Assembly: GCA_965140415.1 (NCBI GenBank)
Contig: OZ223209.1
Location: forward strand, 3,616,001 to 3,680,000
DNA length: 64,000 nt
Source: Myxococcota bacterium
GTDB taxonomy: Bacteria; Myxococcota_A; SURF-8
Reading direction: 5' to 3'
The notes beneath the pieces are model-generated. The model did no database searches. It was not told where the DNA came from and saw only the letters and a program-made list of their open reading frames with translations. The translations under genes were made by a program, and so were the position numbers. Positions 10,148 to 19,133 of this stretch are shown here, piece after piece. Numbering within the stretch: the stretch's first letter is position 1; every line of letters starts with the position of its first letter.

Positions 10148-11041
10148 ATGAATAAGATTCTGGATAAAAAACAATTGGCGGATCGCATCTGGTATTATCG
10201 TATTCACGCTCCCTTGATTGCCAAACGACGAAAACCGGGTCAATTCATCATTCTACGTGTATGGGATGGCGGCGAACGCATCCCCTTGACGATCGCCGAT
10301 GCCGACACGGACGAAGGCAGTATCACCCTGATCGTGCAGGAAGTCGGAAAAACCACGGCAATGCTGGCAGATCTGAACATAGGAGATGATATCCTGGATC
10401 TGGCAGGACCGCTGGGACACCCCACGCACATCGACAATTTCGGCACGGTGGTCATGGTCGGAGGCGGAATCGGCACTGCACCGGCGCATCCGATCGCCCA
10501 GGCGATGAAAGCCGCCGGTAATCGAGTGATCACCATCATCGGCGCGCGAAATACGGATCTGATCGTTATGGAAGAAGAGATGCGCCGCGCCAGCGATGAA
10601 GTCATCATCGTAACCGACGATGGCAGCGCTGGAGAAAAAGGCTTTGTAACCAATGCGTTACAGAAGTTGATCGACGATGGTGTGAAAATCGACCAGGTTG
10701 TGGCCATCGGCCCCCCCATCATGATGAAGTTCGTTTCCGACTTGACGCGCCCCTACAAGATTCCCACCGTGGTTTCTTTAAACACCATTATGATCGACGG
10801 CACCGGTATGTGTGGCGGTTGTCGCATCTCCTATGACGGTCAAAACAAGTTCGTCTGCGTGGATGGTCCCGAATTCGACGGACACAAAGTCGATTTCGAC
10901 AACATGATGGCGCGTCTGTCCGCTTACCGGGAATACGAACAGGAATCCGTTCATGCCTATGAGCAGAACGGACATAAACTCGGTGAACACGGTTGTCACC
11001 TTCAGCAAGTCGCCAAAACACCGAATGGATCCGGGAACTAA
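10148..11041 (+). CDS. nfnA: NfnA-like FAD/2Fe-2S subunit (PyrK-like) of NADH-dependent ferredoxin:NADP+ oxidoreductase
   Basis: PGQFIILR, GERIPLTIAD, GGGIG, DGTGMCGGCR, CVDGPEF; directly upstream of a GltD-like gene. Confidence 0.88.
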   Translation: MNKILDKKQLADRIWYYRIHAPLIAKRRKPGQFIILRVWDGGERIPLTIADADTDEGSITLIVQEVGKTTAMLADLNIGDDILDLAGPLGHPTHIDNFGTVVMVGGGIGTAPAHPIAQAMKAAGNRVITIIGARNTDLIVMEEEMRRASDEVIIVTDDGSAGEKGFVTNALQKLIDDGVKIDQVVAIGPPIMMKFVSDLTRPYKIPTVVSLNTIMIDGTGMCGGCRISYDGQNKFVCVDGPEFDGHKVDFDNMMARLSAYREYEQESVHAYEQNGHKLGEHGCHLQQVAKTPNGSGN

Positions 11042-11056
11042 ACGGGGGAAAAGAAG

Positions 11057-12535
11057 ATGTCAGACACCAAGAAGCAAACATTCGAAGAGTTGATCGCCCG
11101 CTATCCGGAAATGAAGGCTAAAGATAAAATTGCCTTGGAACAACAACCGATGCCGGAACAAAAACCGGAAGTACGACGTCACAATATCGATGAAGTACCG
11201 CTGGGTTACGATGAATTTAGCGCACGTCTGGAAGCGATGCGCTGCTTGGACTGCAAAAAGAAACCCTGCGTGCAGGGTTGCCCTGTCAATATCGATATCC
11301 CGAGTTTTGTCAAGCACATCCGTGATGGCGAATTTCAACAGGCCATCAATGTCATTCGTGACAGCAACTGCCTACCCGCCGTTACCGGGCGCGTTTGTCC
11401 GCAAGAGTTACAGTGCATGGCGCAATGCACGGTCGGCAAATCCTTGAAAGATCCGGAAAAAGCGGTAGCCATCGGACGCCTCGAGCGCTTTGTGGCGGAT
11501 TGGGAGCGCACGAATGACAAGTTGGAAATCCCCGAACTTCCCAAAGGCAACGGCAAGCGTGTCGCGGTAGTCGGCTCGGGTCCGGCAGGATTGACTGTAG
11601 CTGGCGATCTTGCGCGCATGGGCTACCAGGTCACGGTGTTTGAGGCTTTCCACAAAATGGGCGGCGTGCTGGTCTACGGAATTCCTGAATTCCGGCTACC
11701 GAAAGCCATCGTGCAATCCGAAGTAGACATCTTGAAAAAGCTTGGAGTCACTTTCGAACCCAATACGGTGATCGGCTACACCATCACGGTGGATGAACTG
11801 CTGAACGAAGAAGGCTTCGATGCGGTTTTCGTTGGCACGGGCGCTGGACTGCCTTACTTCATGAATATCAAGGGCGAGGAACTGATCGGTGTCTATTCTG
11901 CAAACGAATACCTGACGCGCGCCAATCTGATGCAAGCCTACAGTTTCCCGAAAACGGACACACCGACGATCCGCTCGAAAAACGTGGCGGTCTTCGGTGG
12001 AGGCAACGTCGCCATGGACTCCGCACGCACAGCACTGCGGCTTGGTGCAGAAAACGTCTACTTGGTTTATCGACGCAGCGAGCAGGAGATGCCCGCCCGT
12101 GTCGAGGAAGTGCATCATGCCAAACAAGAAGGCGTGCAGTTCAAACTGCTTACGAATCCAATTGAAATCCTAAGCGATAAAAAAGGCTGGGTGCGCGCAA
12201 TCAACGTGATCCAGATGGAACTGGGCGAACCGGACGCTTCCGGTCGCCGTCGTCCCATGCCAATCGCCGGATCGGAAACGGAAATCGAAGTGGATACGGT
12301 CATCGAGGCCATCGGCAACGGAGCCAATCCCCTGGTTCCGTCCACCACACCGGGACTGGATACCAATAAGTGGGGAAATATTCTGGCTGACAAGGAAACC
12401 GCCAAAACCAGCAAGCCCGGTGTATTCGCAGGTGGTGACATCGTGCTGGGTGCGGCTACAGTCATTCTGGCGATGGGCGAAGGTCGCCGGGCGGCGCGCC
12501 ACATCCATGAATATTTACAGTCGGGTAAATGGTAA
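11057..12535 (+). CDS. nfnB: NfnB-like subunit (glutamate synthase small-chain homolog)
   Basis: CLDCKKKPCVQGCP, GRVCPQELQC, GSGPAG, GGGNVAMD, FAGGDIVLG. Confidence 0.88.
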   Translation: MSDTKKQTFEELIARYPEMKAKDKIALEQQPMPEQKPEVRRHNIDEVPLGYDEFSARLEAMRCLDCKKKPCVQGCPVNIDIPSFVKHIRDGEFQQAINVIRDSNCLPAVTGRVCPQELQCMAQCTVGKSLKDPEKAVAIGRLERFVADWERTNDKLEIPELPKGNGKRVAVVGSGPAGLTVAGDLARMGYQVTVFEAFHKMGGVLVYGIPEFRLPKAIVQSEVDILKKLGVTFEPNTVIGYTITVDELLNEEGFDAVFVGTGAGLPYFMNIKGEELIGVYSANEYLTRANLMQAYSFPKTDTPTIRSKNVAVFGGGNVAMDSARTALRLGAENVYLVYRRSEQEMPARVEEVHHAKQEGVQFKLLTNPIEILSDKKGWVRAINVIQMELGEPDASGRRRPMPIAGSETEIEVDTVIEAIGNGANPLVPSTTPGLDTNKWGNILADKETAKTSKPGVFAGGDIVLGAATVILAMGEGRRAARHIHEYLQSGKW

Positions 12536-12562
12536 TTTTCCACATTTTTCTCTATTCCAATT

Positions 12563-12590
12563 GCGGGTGAAGTGACTTTCACCCGCTTTT
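12563..12590 (+). terminator. Intrinsic terminator after nfnAB
   Basis: GCGGGTGAA-GTGACT-TTCACCCGC followed by TTTT. Confidence 0.75.
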
Positions 12591-12654
12591 CGATGTTCAT
12601 AACCCGGGCAACCAGGTATTATCGTAGGAATTCTGCGCCTGGAAGAGGAGTGTC

Positions 12655-13866
12655 ATGAGTAAAGCCATCAAGTCGTTTTTTGCAACCTGTTCGCATGGTC
12701 TGGAACAGGTACTGACACAGGAACTAACACTCCTGGGTTTCAGAAATGTGCGCACAGCCCGCCAGGGAGCGGAATTTACCGGTCCTTTGGAAGAAGGCTG
12801 GCGAGCCTGTTTGTGGTCCCGAACTGCCAGTCGCATTCTCATGCCGATTGCGGAATTCAAAGCTTTCAAAGCCAGAGAGATCTACAATCATGCAAAAAAG
12901 GTGCGCTGGGAAGATCATATGAGTTCGCTGGGAACCTTTGCCATTCAAGGCATCGGCACCAATAGCGAAATCCGCCATTCCGGCTTTCTGGCATTGACGG
13001 TCAAAGATGCCGTGGTCGATCGCATGCGCGAGAAGGTGGGACGACGTCCCAATGTGGACAAGGAAGACCCGGATGTGCAGATCATGGCTCGCATCATCAA
13101 CGAACAAGTGACACTCTCGCTGGATCTTTCGGGACGCGGTCTGCATCGACGCGGCTGGCGCAGCCGTCACATCGAAACGCCGATCCGGGAGACGCTGGCT
13201 GCATCGTTATTGCAAGCGGCAGGTTACAGGGGCGAACGAGTATTCTTCGATCCGATGTGCGGTTCAGGTACATTTTTGATCGAAGCGGCGGAACTGGCGC
13301 TGGGACTGGCACCGGGACGCAACAACACTTTCGGCATCGAGCGCTGGCCCTCCATTCCCCGACCTTTAAAGCGACAATTCTCGGCGGAAAAGCGAGAGGG
13401 AAACAAGCCAAAAAGCCCTAAGATTCCTATGATTTTCGGATCGGACGTCAGCCCGGAAGCGGTCTCCGTCAGTCGCTATCACATCGAAAGCGCCGGTCTT
13501 GGACAGTACATCCGCCTGGATACCGCAGACGCTCGAAAAGCACGCATGCCGGCAGGAAAAGCATTGGTTGTTACCAATCCCCCTTACGGCGAACGTATCG
13601 AAGAACCGGAAGAGGAACTGCTGGCGTTATATCGCGAAATGGGCACGAACTGGAAGCACATGGGTGATGGTCGCGTGGCGATTTTCTGCTCCCATCCCGG
13701 TTTCAGGAAAGCCTTTGGTTTGAAACCTACTGAAACCATGCAACTTTTCAACGGCCCAATTCAGACTACGTTTTATATTTACGAAGTCGGCAGCCATTTC
13801 GTACCCACAACGAAAACCCGAAACAAGCGCCGAATTGTGAGGAATGCCAAGCTCTCCAGCAAATGA
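12655..13866 (+). CDS. THUMP-domain RNA m2G methyltransferase (RlmL-like)
   Basis: THUMP region, LHRRGWR, PIRETLAA, DPMCGSGT, TNPPYGER. Confidence 0.9.
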   Translation: MSKAIKSFFATCSHGLEQVLTQELTLLGFRNVRTARQGAEFTGPLEEGWRACLWSRTASRILMPIAEFKAFKAREIYNHAKKVRWEDHMSSLGTFAIQGIGTNSEIRHSGFLALTVKDAVVDRMREKVGRRPNVDKEDPDVQIMARIINEQVTLSLDLSGRGLHRRGWRSRHIETPIRETLAASLLQAAGYRGERVFFDPMCGSGTFLIEAAELALGLAPGRNNTFGIERWPSIPRPLKRQFSAEKREGNKPKSPKIPMIFGSDVSPEAVSVSRYHIESAGLGQYIRLDTADARKARMPAGKALVVTNPPYGERIEEPEEELLALYREMGTNWKHMGDGRVAIFCSHPGFRKAFGLKPTETMQLFNGPIQTTFYIYEVGSHFVPTTKTRNKRRIVRNAKLSSK

Positions 13867-14696
13867 CCGAAAGGAAAAGCGCCATGAGCAGCGACAAACA
13901 GTTGACCGTCGGCCTGCTGCAAACCGACCCGATCTGGGAGGCACCGGATCAAAACATGGCGGCGATTGAAACATTGTTAGGTGAGCAGGATCTTTCCGGC
14001 GTCGATGTCGTCCTGCTGCCGGAAATGTTCACAACCGGGTTCAGTATGAATCCCGAACGTGTGGCCTCCGCAAATGGCGGCAAAGTCGAACGCTGGATGC
14101 AGCAGATGGCTAGGCGACACGACATGGCACTAATCGGTTCACACATCGAGGATACCGGGTCGGGATACGCCAACACGGCAGTGGCATTCGATGCGCAAGG
14201 CAATGAACTGGCTCGCTACCAAAAAGCGCATCTGTTCGTTCTCGAAAAGGACATTTACCAAGCAGGAGATGACGTCGTTTTCTTCGAACTCGGACCATTC
14301 AAAGCCTCGATGTTCATCTGCTACGATATACGCTTTCCAGAGCTATACCGCCACGCCAGTGCTTGCGGTGCCGAATTGATCTTCACGCCCGCCTGCTGGC
14401 CCGCTTCCCGCCGATACAACTGGGACTTGCTCACCTGTGCCCGCGCTCTGGAAAATCAATGCTTCCTTTGCGGCTGCAACCGTACCGGAAACGCCCCGGA
14501 AGAACGATATGACGGGCACTCCGTCATCGCCACGCCACGCGGGGAAGAGCTACTCAAACTCGACGACCTCCCCCAATTCGCCACAGCAACTATAGAGCGG
14601 GAATACCTGCTCAGTACCCGTAAAAACGTCCCCGCCCTTCAGGACAGACGGGAAGAGCTGTATCGAAACCTGATGATGCAGGGTAAAACACAATAG
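13863..14696 (+). CDS. Carbon-nitrogen hydrolase (nitrilase / omega-amidase family)
   Basis: Glu-Lys-Cys triad: LPEMF, YQKAHL, ICYDIRFPE; ARALENQ. Confidence 0.92.
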   Translation: MTERKSAMSSDKQLTVGLLQTDPIWEAPDQNMAAIETLLGEQDLSGVDVVLLPEMFTTGFSMNPERVASANGGKVERWMQQMARRHDMALIGSHIEDTGSGYANTAVAFDAQGNELARYQKAHLFVLEKDIYQAGDDVVFFELGPFKASMFICYDIRFPELYRHASACGAELIFTPACWPASRRYNWDLLTCARALENQCFLCGCNRTGNAPEERYDGHSVIATPRGEELLKLDDLPQFATATIEREYLLSTRKNVPALQDRREELYRNLMMQGKTQ

Positions 14697-14797
14697 GGAA
14701 TAATTGTTAGACTTAACAAAAGAAGTATTGGTTGCATTTTCAGATTTTTATTGTGATACTCTATGTGTCTGTCTATCAAATTACAGAAAATATAATA

Positions 14798-15442
14798 ATG
14801 TTAAGCACATCCAAAGCAAATAAAAAGCTTCCAACCTTGGAAAGAAATATTCTAAAATACCGAATTTTTGAGATGACTTTAATTTTGTTTCAAATTGAAG
14901 AATTTAAGAAGTATGTTGTTGCATCTATTCGCGCAACTGACGATTTTAATAGCACAATTAAGAAAAGTAATTGTGAGTCAGAGAAAAGCAAGAACTCCGC
15001 TGATTCCTTTCCAAATCAACGACTTCCTCCAAATATCGGAAAACTCTATGAAAAGGCATGGAAAGTATTAATTGCTGATGGAATAATCACTCAAGAAGAA
15101 AAAACAGAGATTGTAAAACTTATTGACTATAGAGATGATATCGCACATAGGATTCATTTGCTGACTTGCGATCTCAATAAAGACATCTTGTCTCAAGAGT
15201 TTTTACATAGAAAAAAGAATGAAGCAACATACGATTATCAGGCATTAACTAGAATTAGGTATTTTCGAGATAAATTCCAACGAGCCTGGAATGGCGTTCA
15301 TTGCATTTCACTAAACACTGAACTGTTTGAAAGTACGGAAGCAACTTTAAAACAAGAACTCAAAGTATTAGATAAGAGAATAAAATTACAGTATAAAAAA
15401 CGTAAAGAAGATATGGAAAGTTTGAGCGCTTTAAGAAAGTAA
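14798..15442 (+). CDS. AT-rich hypothetical protein with an Rx4H (HEPN-like) motif
   Basis: ATG 14798; helical protein containing LIDYRDDIAH; hand-counted 60-mers are 23-28% GC. Confidence 0.6.
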   Translation: MLSTSKANKKLPTLERNILKYRIFEMTLILFQIEEFKKYVVASIRATDDFNSTIKKSNCESEKSKNSADSFPNQRLPPNIGKLYEKAWKVLIADGIITQEEKTEIVKLIDYRDDIAHRIHLLTCDLNKDILSQEFLHRKKNEATYDYQALTRIRYFRDKFQRAWNGVHCISLNTELFESTEATLKQELKVLDKRIKLQYKKRKEDMESLSALRK

Positions 15443-15590
15443 ATCTTCAACGTGTATTTTTTAATTTTGGACAGCGAATCTTAAGCCATTCCAATTACAG
15501 ACTTATCATCATTTGGATTGCTCCCTGCGGCAGTCTGCGGTATATTATGTTGTTTTCAACAATGAAAACCGATATCGGAGGGAAGCTAGC

Positions 15591-16973
15591 ATGGCGAAAA
15601 CAGCGCAACCGTTACGTTTCGATTTCTCGACCTGTCGGGGCAGAAACCGCATCAACCGTTACATGGAGCGCAAACTTACCAAGCAGGTATCTTCTGCACA
15701 AGCAAGATTGAAGGCCGAAGTCAACGCCGGTGAGTTGGGATTCTGGAAACTTCCCAACACCTATTTAAATAAGAAGACCATTGCACCAGTCCAAGCGGCT
15801 GCACGGCGTGTCCAGCGCGACTTCGACAACCTGGTGCTCATCGGCATCGGCGGCTCGGCTTTGGGAGCACGCATGTTGCAAAATGCGCTTTGTCATCGCT
15901 ATCACAACGAAGCCGTAACGGCCAAAGGCAAGGGTGTTCGCCTATATCTGCTGGAAAACGACGATCCCAAGAGCTTCTCCGATCTGATGGGATTACTAGA
16001 TCTCTCCCGTACCTGCTTCAACGTCATCAGCAAATCCGGCTCAACGGTGGAAACGATCAGCCAATTCGCGTTGGTAATGGATCGCCTGAAAAAAGAGTTC
16101 CCGAATAGCTGGAAAAAGCACCTTTTATTCACCACCGACCCGAAAAGCGGGAAACTGCGTGAACTGGCCGATCAGGAAGGCATCGATTGCCTGGATGTTC
16201 CTTCCGATGTCGGCGGGCGCTACTCGGTGCTAAGTCCGGTGGGACTCTTTCCTGCCCTGGTGCTGGGAGCGGATGCAAAAGCACTATTGAAGGGTGCGCA
16301 ACGTATGGCCAAGCGCTGCCTTTCGTCTAATCCGGAGGAAAACCCGGCCCTGCTTGGTGCGATGTTGCATGTGGTCGCGGATCAGCAGTTGAGCAAGAAT
16401 ATGGTGGTGGCCTTTCCCTATTCGGATCAACTACGAGACTGGACCGAGTGGTTCTGTCAGTTATGGGCGGAAAGCCTGGGTAAAAACACGGATAACCAAG
16501 GCCGCCCTGTACAAACCGGAACCACACCCATCAAAACGTTGGGAGCCATCGATCAACATAGCCAGATGCAGCTTTACATGGAAGGCCCGGACGACAAACT
16601 GTTCATGTTCCTGCGGGTAGAATCCTTCAAAACCACCCTGCCCTTCCCTCCGAAAAAGCGTCTTCATGAACCATTCCAATACCTTGCAGGACATTCCATG
16701 CAGGAATTGATTCAGGCCGAACAAACCGCCAGCCGCTTTGCTCTGAGAGAACAAAAACGCCTGACCTATCAAATCACACTCGACCGTGTTGACGCCGACG
16801 CCCTAGGTCAACTGATTTTCTGGGCGGAAGCGATGACGGTTTATGCCGGATACTTATATGACATCAATCCCTTTGATCAGCCGGGAGTGGAATTGGGCAA
16901 GAAGTTTGCCTATGGTCTGATGGGGCGCGAAGGTTTCGAGTCCTACCGGAAAAAGATCGAAAAAAGCAAATAG
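15591..16973 (+). CDS. pgi: Glucose-6-phosphate isomerase
   Basis: GIGGSALG, SKSGSTVET, VGGRYSVLS, QLWAESLGK, DQHSQMQ, NPFDQPGVELGK; SD GGAGG before ATG 15591. Confidence 0.96.
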   Translation: MAKTAQPLRFDFSTCRGRNRINRYMERKLTKQVSSAQARLKAEVNAGELGFWKLPNTYLNKKTIAPVQAAARRVQRDFDNLVLIGIGGSALGARMLQNALCHRYHNEAVTAKGKGVRLYLLENDDPKSFSDLMGLLDLSRTCFNVISKSGSTVETISQFALVMDRLKKEFPNSWKKHLLFTTDPKSGKLRELADQEGIDCLDVPSDVGGRYSVLSPVGLFPALVLGADAKALLKGAQRMAKRCLSSNPEENPALLGAMLHVVADQQLSKNMVVAFPYSDQLRDWTEWFCQLWAESLGKNTDNQGRPVQTGTTPIKTLGAIDQHSQMQLYMEGPDDKLFMFLRVESFKTTLPFPPKKRLHEPFQYLAGHSMQELIQAEQTASRFALREQKRLTYQITLDRVDADALGQLIFWAEAMTVYAGYLYDINPFDQPGVELGKKFAYGLMGREGFESYRKKIEKSK

Positions 16974-16993
16974 TTGGGAATCGTTATCGAATC

Positions 16994-17022
16994 TTGACAG
17001 AGACAAGGTGATTGGGTAAAGT
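16994..17022 (+). promoter_or_regulatory. Putative sigma70 promoter for the lipoprotein gene pair
   Basis: TTGACA-17 nt-TAAAGT, about 165 nt upstream of GTG 17189. Confidence 0.55.
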
Positions 17023-17188
17023 GACGCCGTGTTGGCATGACAAAACTACGCCACAATAAAGACCGTAACGATAAACGACATACGTGCACGGCGCAGGCTG
17101 CCCACCCGATCGAGATCGTCTAAAATAGCTATTCCCTATTATTAGACGACAGGCGAATCGGAACAGCCTTCGCACGGAGGATACAGAA

Positions 17189-19042
17189 GTGATATCGATT
17201 CGTACCTTTAAACAATTCCGATTATACCTGCTTGCCGGTCTGCTGCTGGCGCTGGCGCAAAGCGGCTGTTTCACCGGCTCGCCAGATCCTATCGAAACGG
17301 ATGGAGACGACGTACGGGTCACTCCAGAAGAAGGCGGGACGCTGGTCAGTTCCGATGGACGGGCTATCGTGCAATTCGTTGCAGGAACCGTTTCTCGGCC
17401 CACAACCTTTTCGATTTCGATCATCCCGAAAAAGAACTACCCGGATCAATACTTCCTTCAAAGCGATGTCTACCAGATCGAGCCGACACTACCACTGAAC
17501 CAAAGCGTTCGCGTGATCCTCGACATGGAAGATATGGGCAGTACGGAAAATGGTCTGGTTGACTATTACAACCAGAATGCATTGACCATGCGCGAAATGT
17601 TACCGTCGCAGGCTCCACGCTTCCTCTCCGTTGACGAGGGCAGCATTGACGGTGCCGATGGAAAAAAACACCGCGTTTTGGTATTTGAAACCGATCAACT
17701 TGGAGCTTACGGTGTTTTCTTGCACGACTGCTTCATGATGTGCCAGAAAACCGTTACCTGCGATAGTTTCCTTGGAAACCCGGATCTATCCAAGCGAGAA
17801 CAAATCCAAGCCTGTATGCAGGACTTCGGCTGTCTTGACGATCTGGAAAAGATGAACCGAGAAGACACCCTGGCAACATTCGACTGCTCCGCTCATCATC
17901 CCTGCAAGGATTCCTTCGGTTGCTGCCTGGAAGAAACCCACTGCGAAGTTCCTGTAGACGGCGACCCGGACCAAATCGACGGCGATACAGACGGCGATCA
18001 ACCCGATGGCGACCAGCCTGATGGCGACTTGCCTGATGGAGATATGGACAGCATCGACGCCGATCAGGATCTGGTGGATGGCGATCAGCCCTCCTACTCT
18101 CCCAAGCTCTGCCAAAGCGACGACGACTGCTCGACTTCCGAAACCTGTGCAAAATCCTCCATGCTGGGCGACGATGGTTATTGCCTTACCGTGAGTACTC
18201 GTGAGATGGAAACCTACTCGCTTGTCCAGGATGTTTGGACACCGATGAACACTCGGCCCAACATCGATTGTGTTGGAGATCTTCCGATCAAGGGCACAAC
18301 CGGTCTGAACGCTTTCGATCTGAAGGTAACGGTCGACCCCTTCTGGGGTCTGGATGATCCCAGTGGCATCGAAATTAGAGTGTACGAAGAAAGCAATTTG
18401 ACCACGCCGTTGGTGTACGGCGAGACCGATTCGAACGGCTCGGTAACGTTCGCTCAGATTTACGCAGACAAATGGCTGATGATCCGCGCCGAACGCCAGG
18501 ATGACGACGAAAGCAAGCACATTATGCCAACCTACCACTGGGGCAACTTCATTACGCGAGCCCGTGCACAAACCCAAATGGATTCGGCAGGATACGTTGA
18601 ATTGACCGTTCATCCTCTGGATGAACGACGCTACAATCTGTTCGGTAAAACGCTGGGCTTGGGAGATACCGTTCCCAGCGGCAGCGGAATGATTCTAGGT
18701 CAAGTGGCCGATTGCCGCAATCCTACGCCCTATTCCATTGCCAATACGACCGTCAGCTACCAGGAAATCGTACCGACGGCGCATGGGTATTTCAGCAGCA
18801 ATGCCACACAACCCGCTCCCGATCCACGGCAAAGCATCAGCAATAAGAACGGGTTGTTTATCAGTGTGTTCGATAAAGCAGCTATCGACACGCTACCAGA
18901 AAACCTGATTTCCGCCTTTGCCGTTGGAATTTCGGAACTTACCGGAACTCCGATATTGGAAGTGGCAGGCATAAGCTACAGCGATCAGTTGCGCATTCAA
19001 TCGGATTCTATTTCCATTGTGCGCTTCAATTCGTATGATTAG
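17189..19042 (+). CDS. Cys-rich lipoprotein with DGD acidic repeat linker
   Basis: Lipobox QSG-C, ZU5-like start (VTPEEGGTL), Cys clusters, (DGDQP)n linker; SD GGAGG. Confidence 0.8.
   Translation: MISIRTFKQFRLYLLAGLLLALAQSGCFTGSPDPIETDGDDVRVTPEEGGTLVSSDGRAIVQFVAGTVSRPTTFSISIIPKKNYPDQYFLQSDVYQIEPTLPLNQSVRVILDMEDMGSTENGLVDYYNQNALTMREMLPSQAPRFLSVDEGSIDGADGKKHRVLVFETDQLGAYGVFLHDCFMMCQKTVTCDSFLGNPDLSKREQIQACMQDFGCLDDLEKMNREDTLATFDCSAHHPCKDSFGCCLEETHCEVPVDGDPDQIDGDTDGDQPDGDQPDGDLPDGDMDSIDADQDLVDGDQPSYSPKLCQSDDDCSTSETCAKSSMLGDDGYCLTVSTREMETYSLVQDVWTPMNTRPNIDCVGDLPIKGTTGLNAFDLKVTVDPFWGLDDPSGIEIRVYEESNLTTPLVYGETDSNGSVTFAQIYADKWLMIRAERQDDDESKHIMPTYHWGNFITRARAQTQMDSAGYVELTVHPLDERRYNLFGKTLGLGDTVPSGSGMILGQVADCRNPTPYSIANTTVSYQEIVPTAHGYFSSNATQPAPDPRQSISNKNGLFISVFDKAAIDTLPENLISAFAVGISELTGTPILEVAGISYSDQLRIQSDSISIVRFNSYD
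17957..18091 (+). repeat. Degenerate 15-bp coding tandem repeat (DGDQP/DGDLP)
   Basis: Seven DGD units in the translation of this span. Confidence 0.75.
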
Positions 19043-19061
19043 AGCCCAGGGCTGGGCTTTT
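19043..19061 (+). terminator. Possible terminator hairpin
   Basis: AGCCCAG-GG-CTGGGCT followed by TTT, right after the stop. Confidence 0.45.
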
Positions 19062-19133
19062 AGTATTAAGAATTCAGCATCTTAGGATCCACACCACTTA
19101 CTTTAAACAGCAGTTGTTTTAGGAGTAATTAAT

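Noticed and set aside
11057-12535. Glutamate synthase call
   Set aside because: No large subunit nearby; pairing with the PyrK-like gene indicates NfnAB.
14706-15505. Integron cassette (GTTAGAC core-like site before the AT-rich gene)
   Set aside because: No RYYYAAC/attC palindrome after the stop and no integrase in the window.
17786-18613. 275-aa minus-strand ORF
   Set aside because: Shadow of the repetitive lipoprotein gene.
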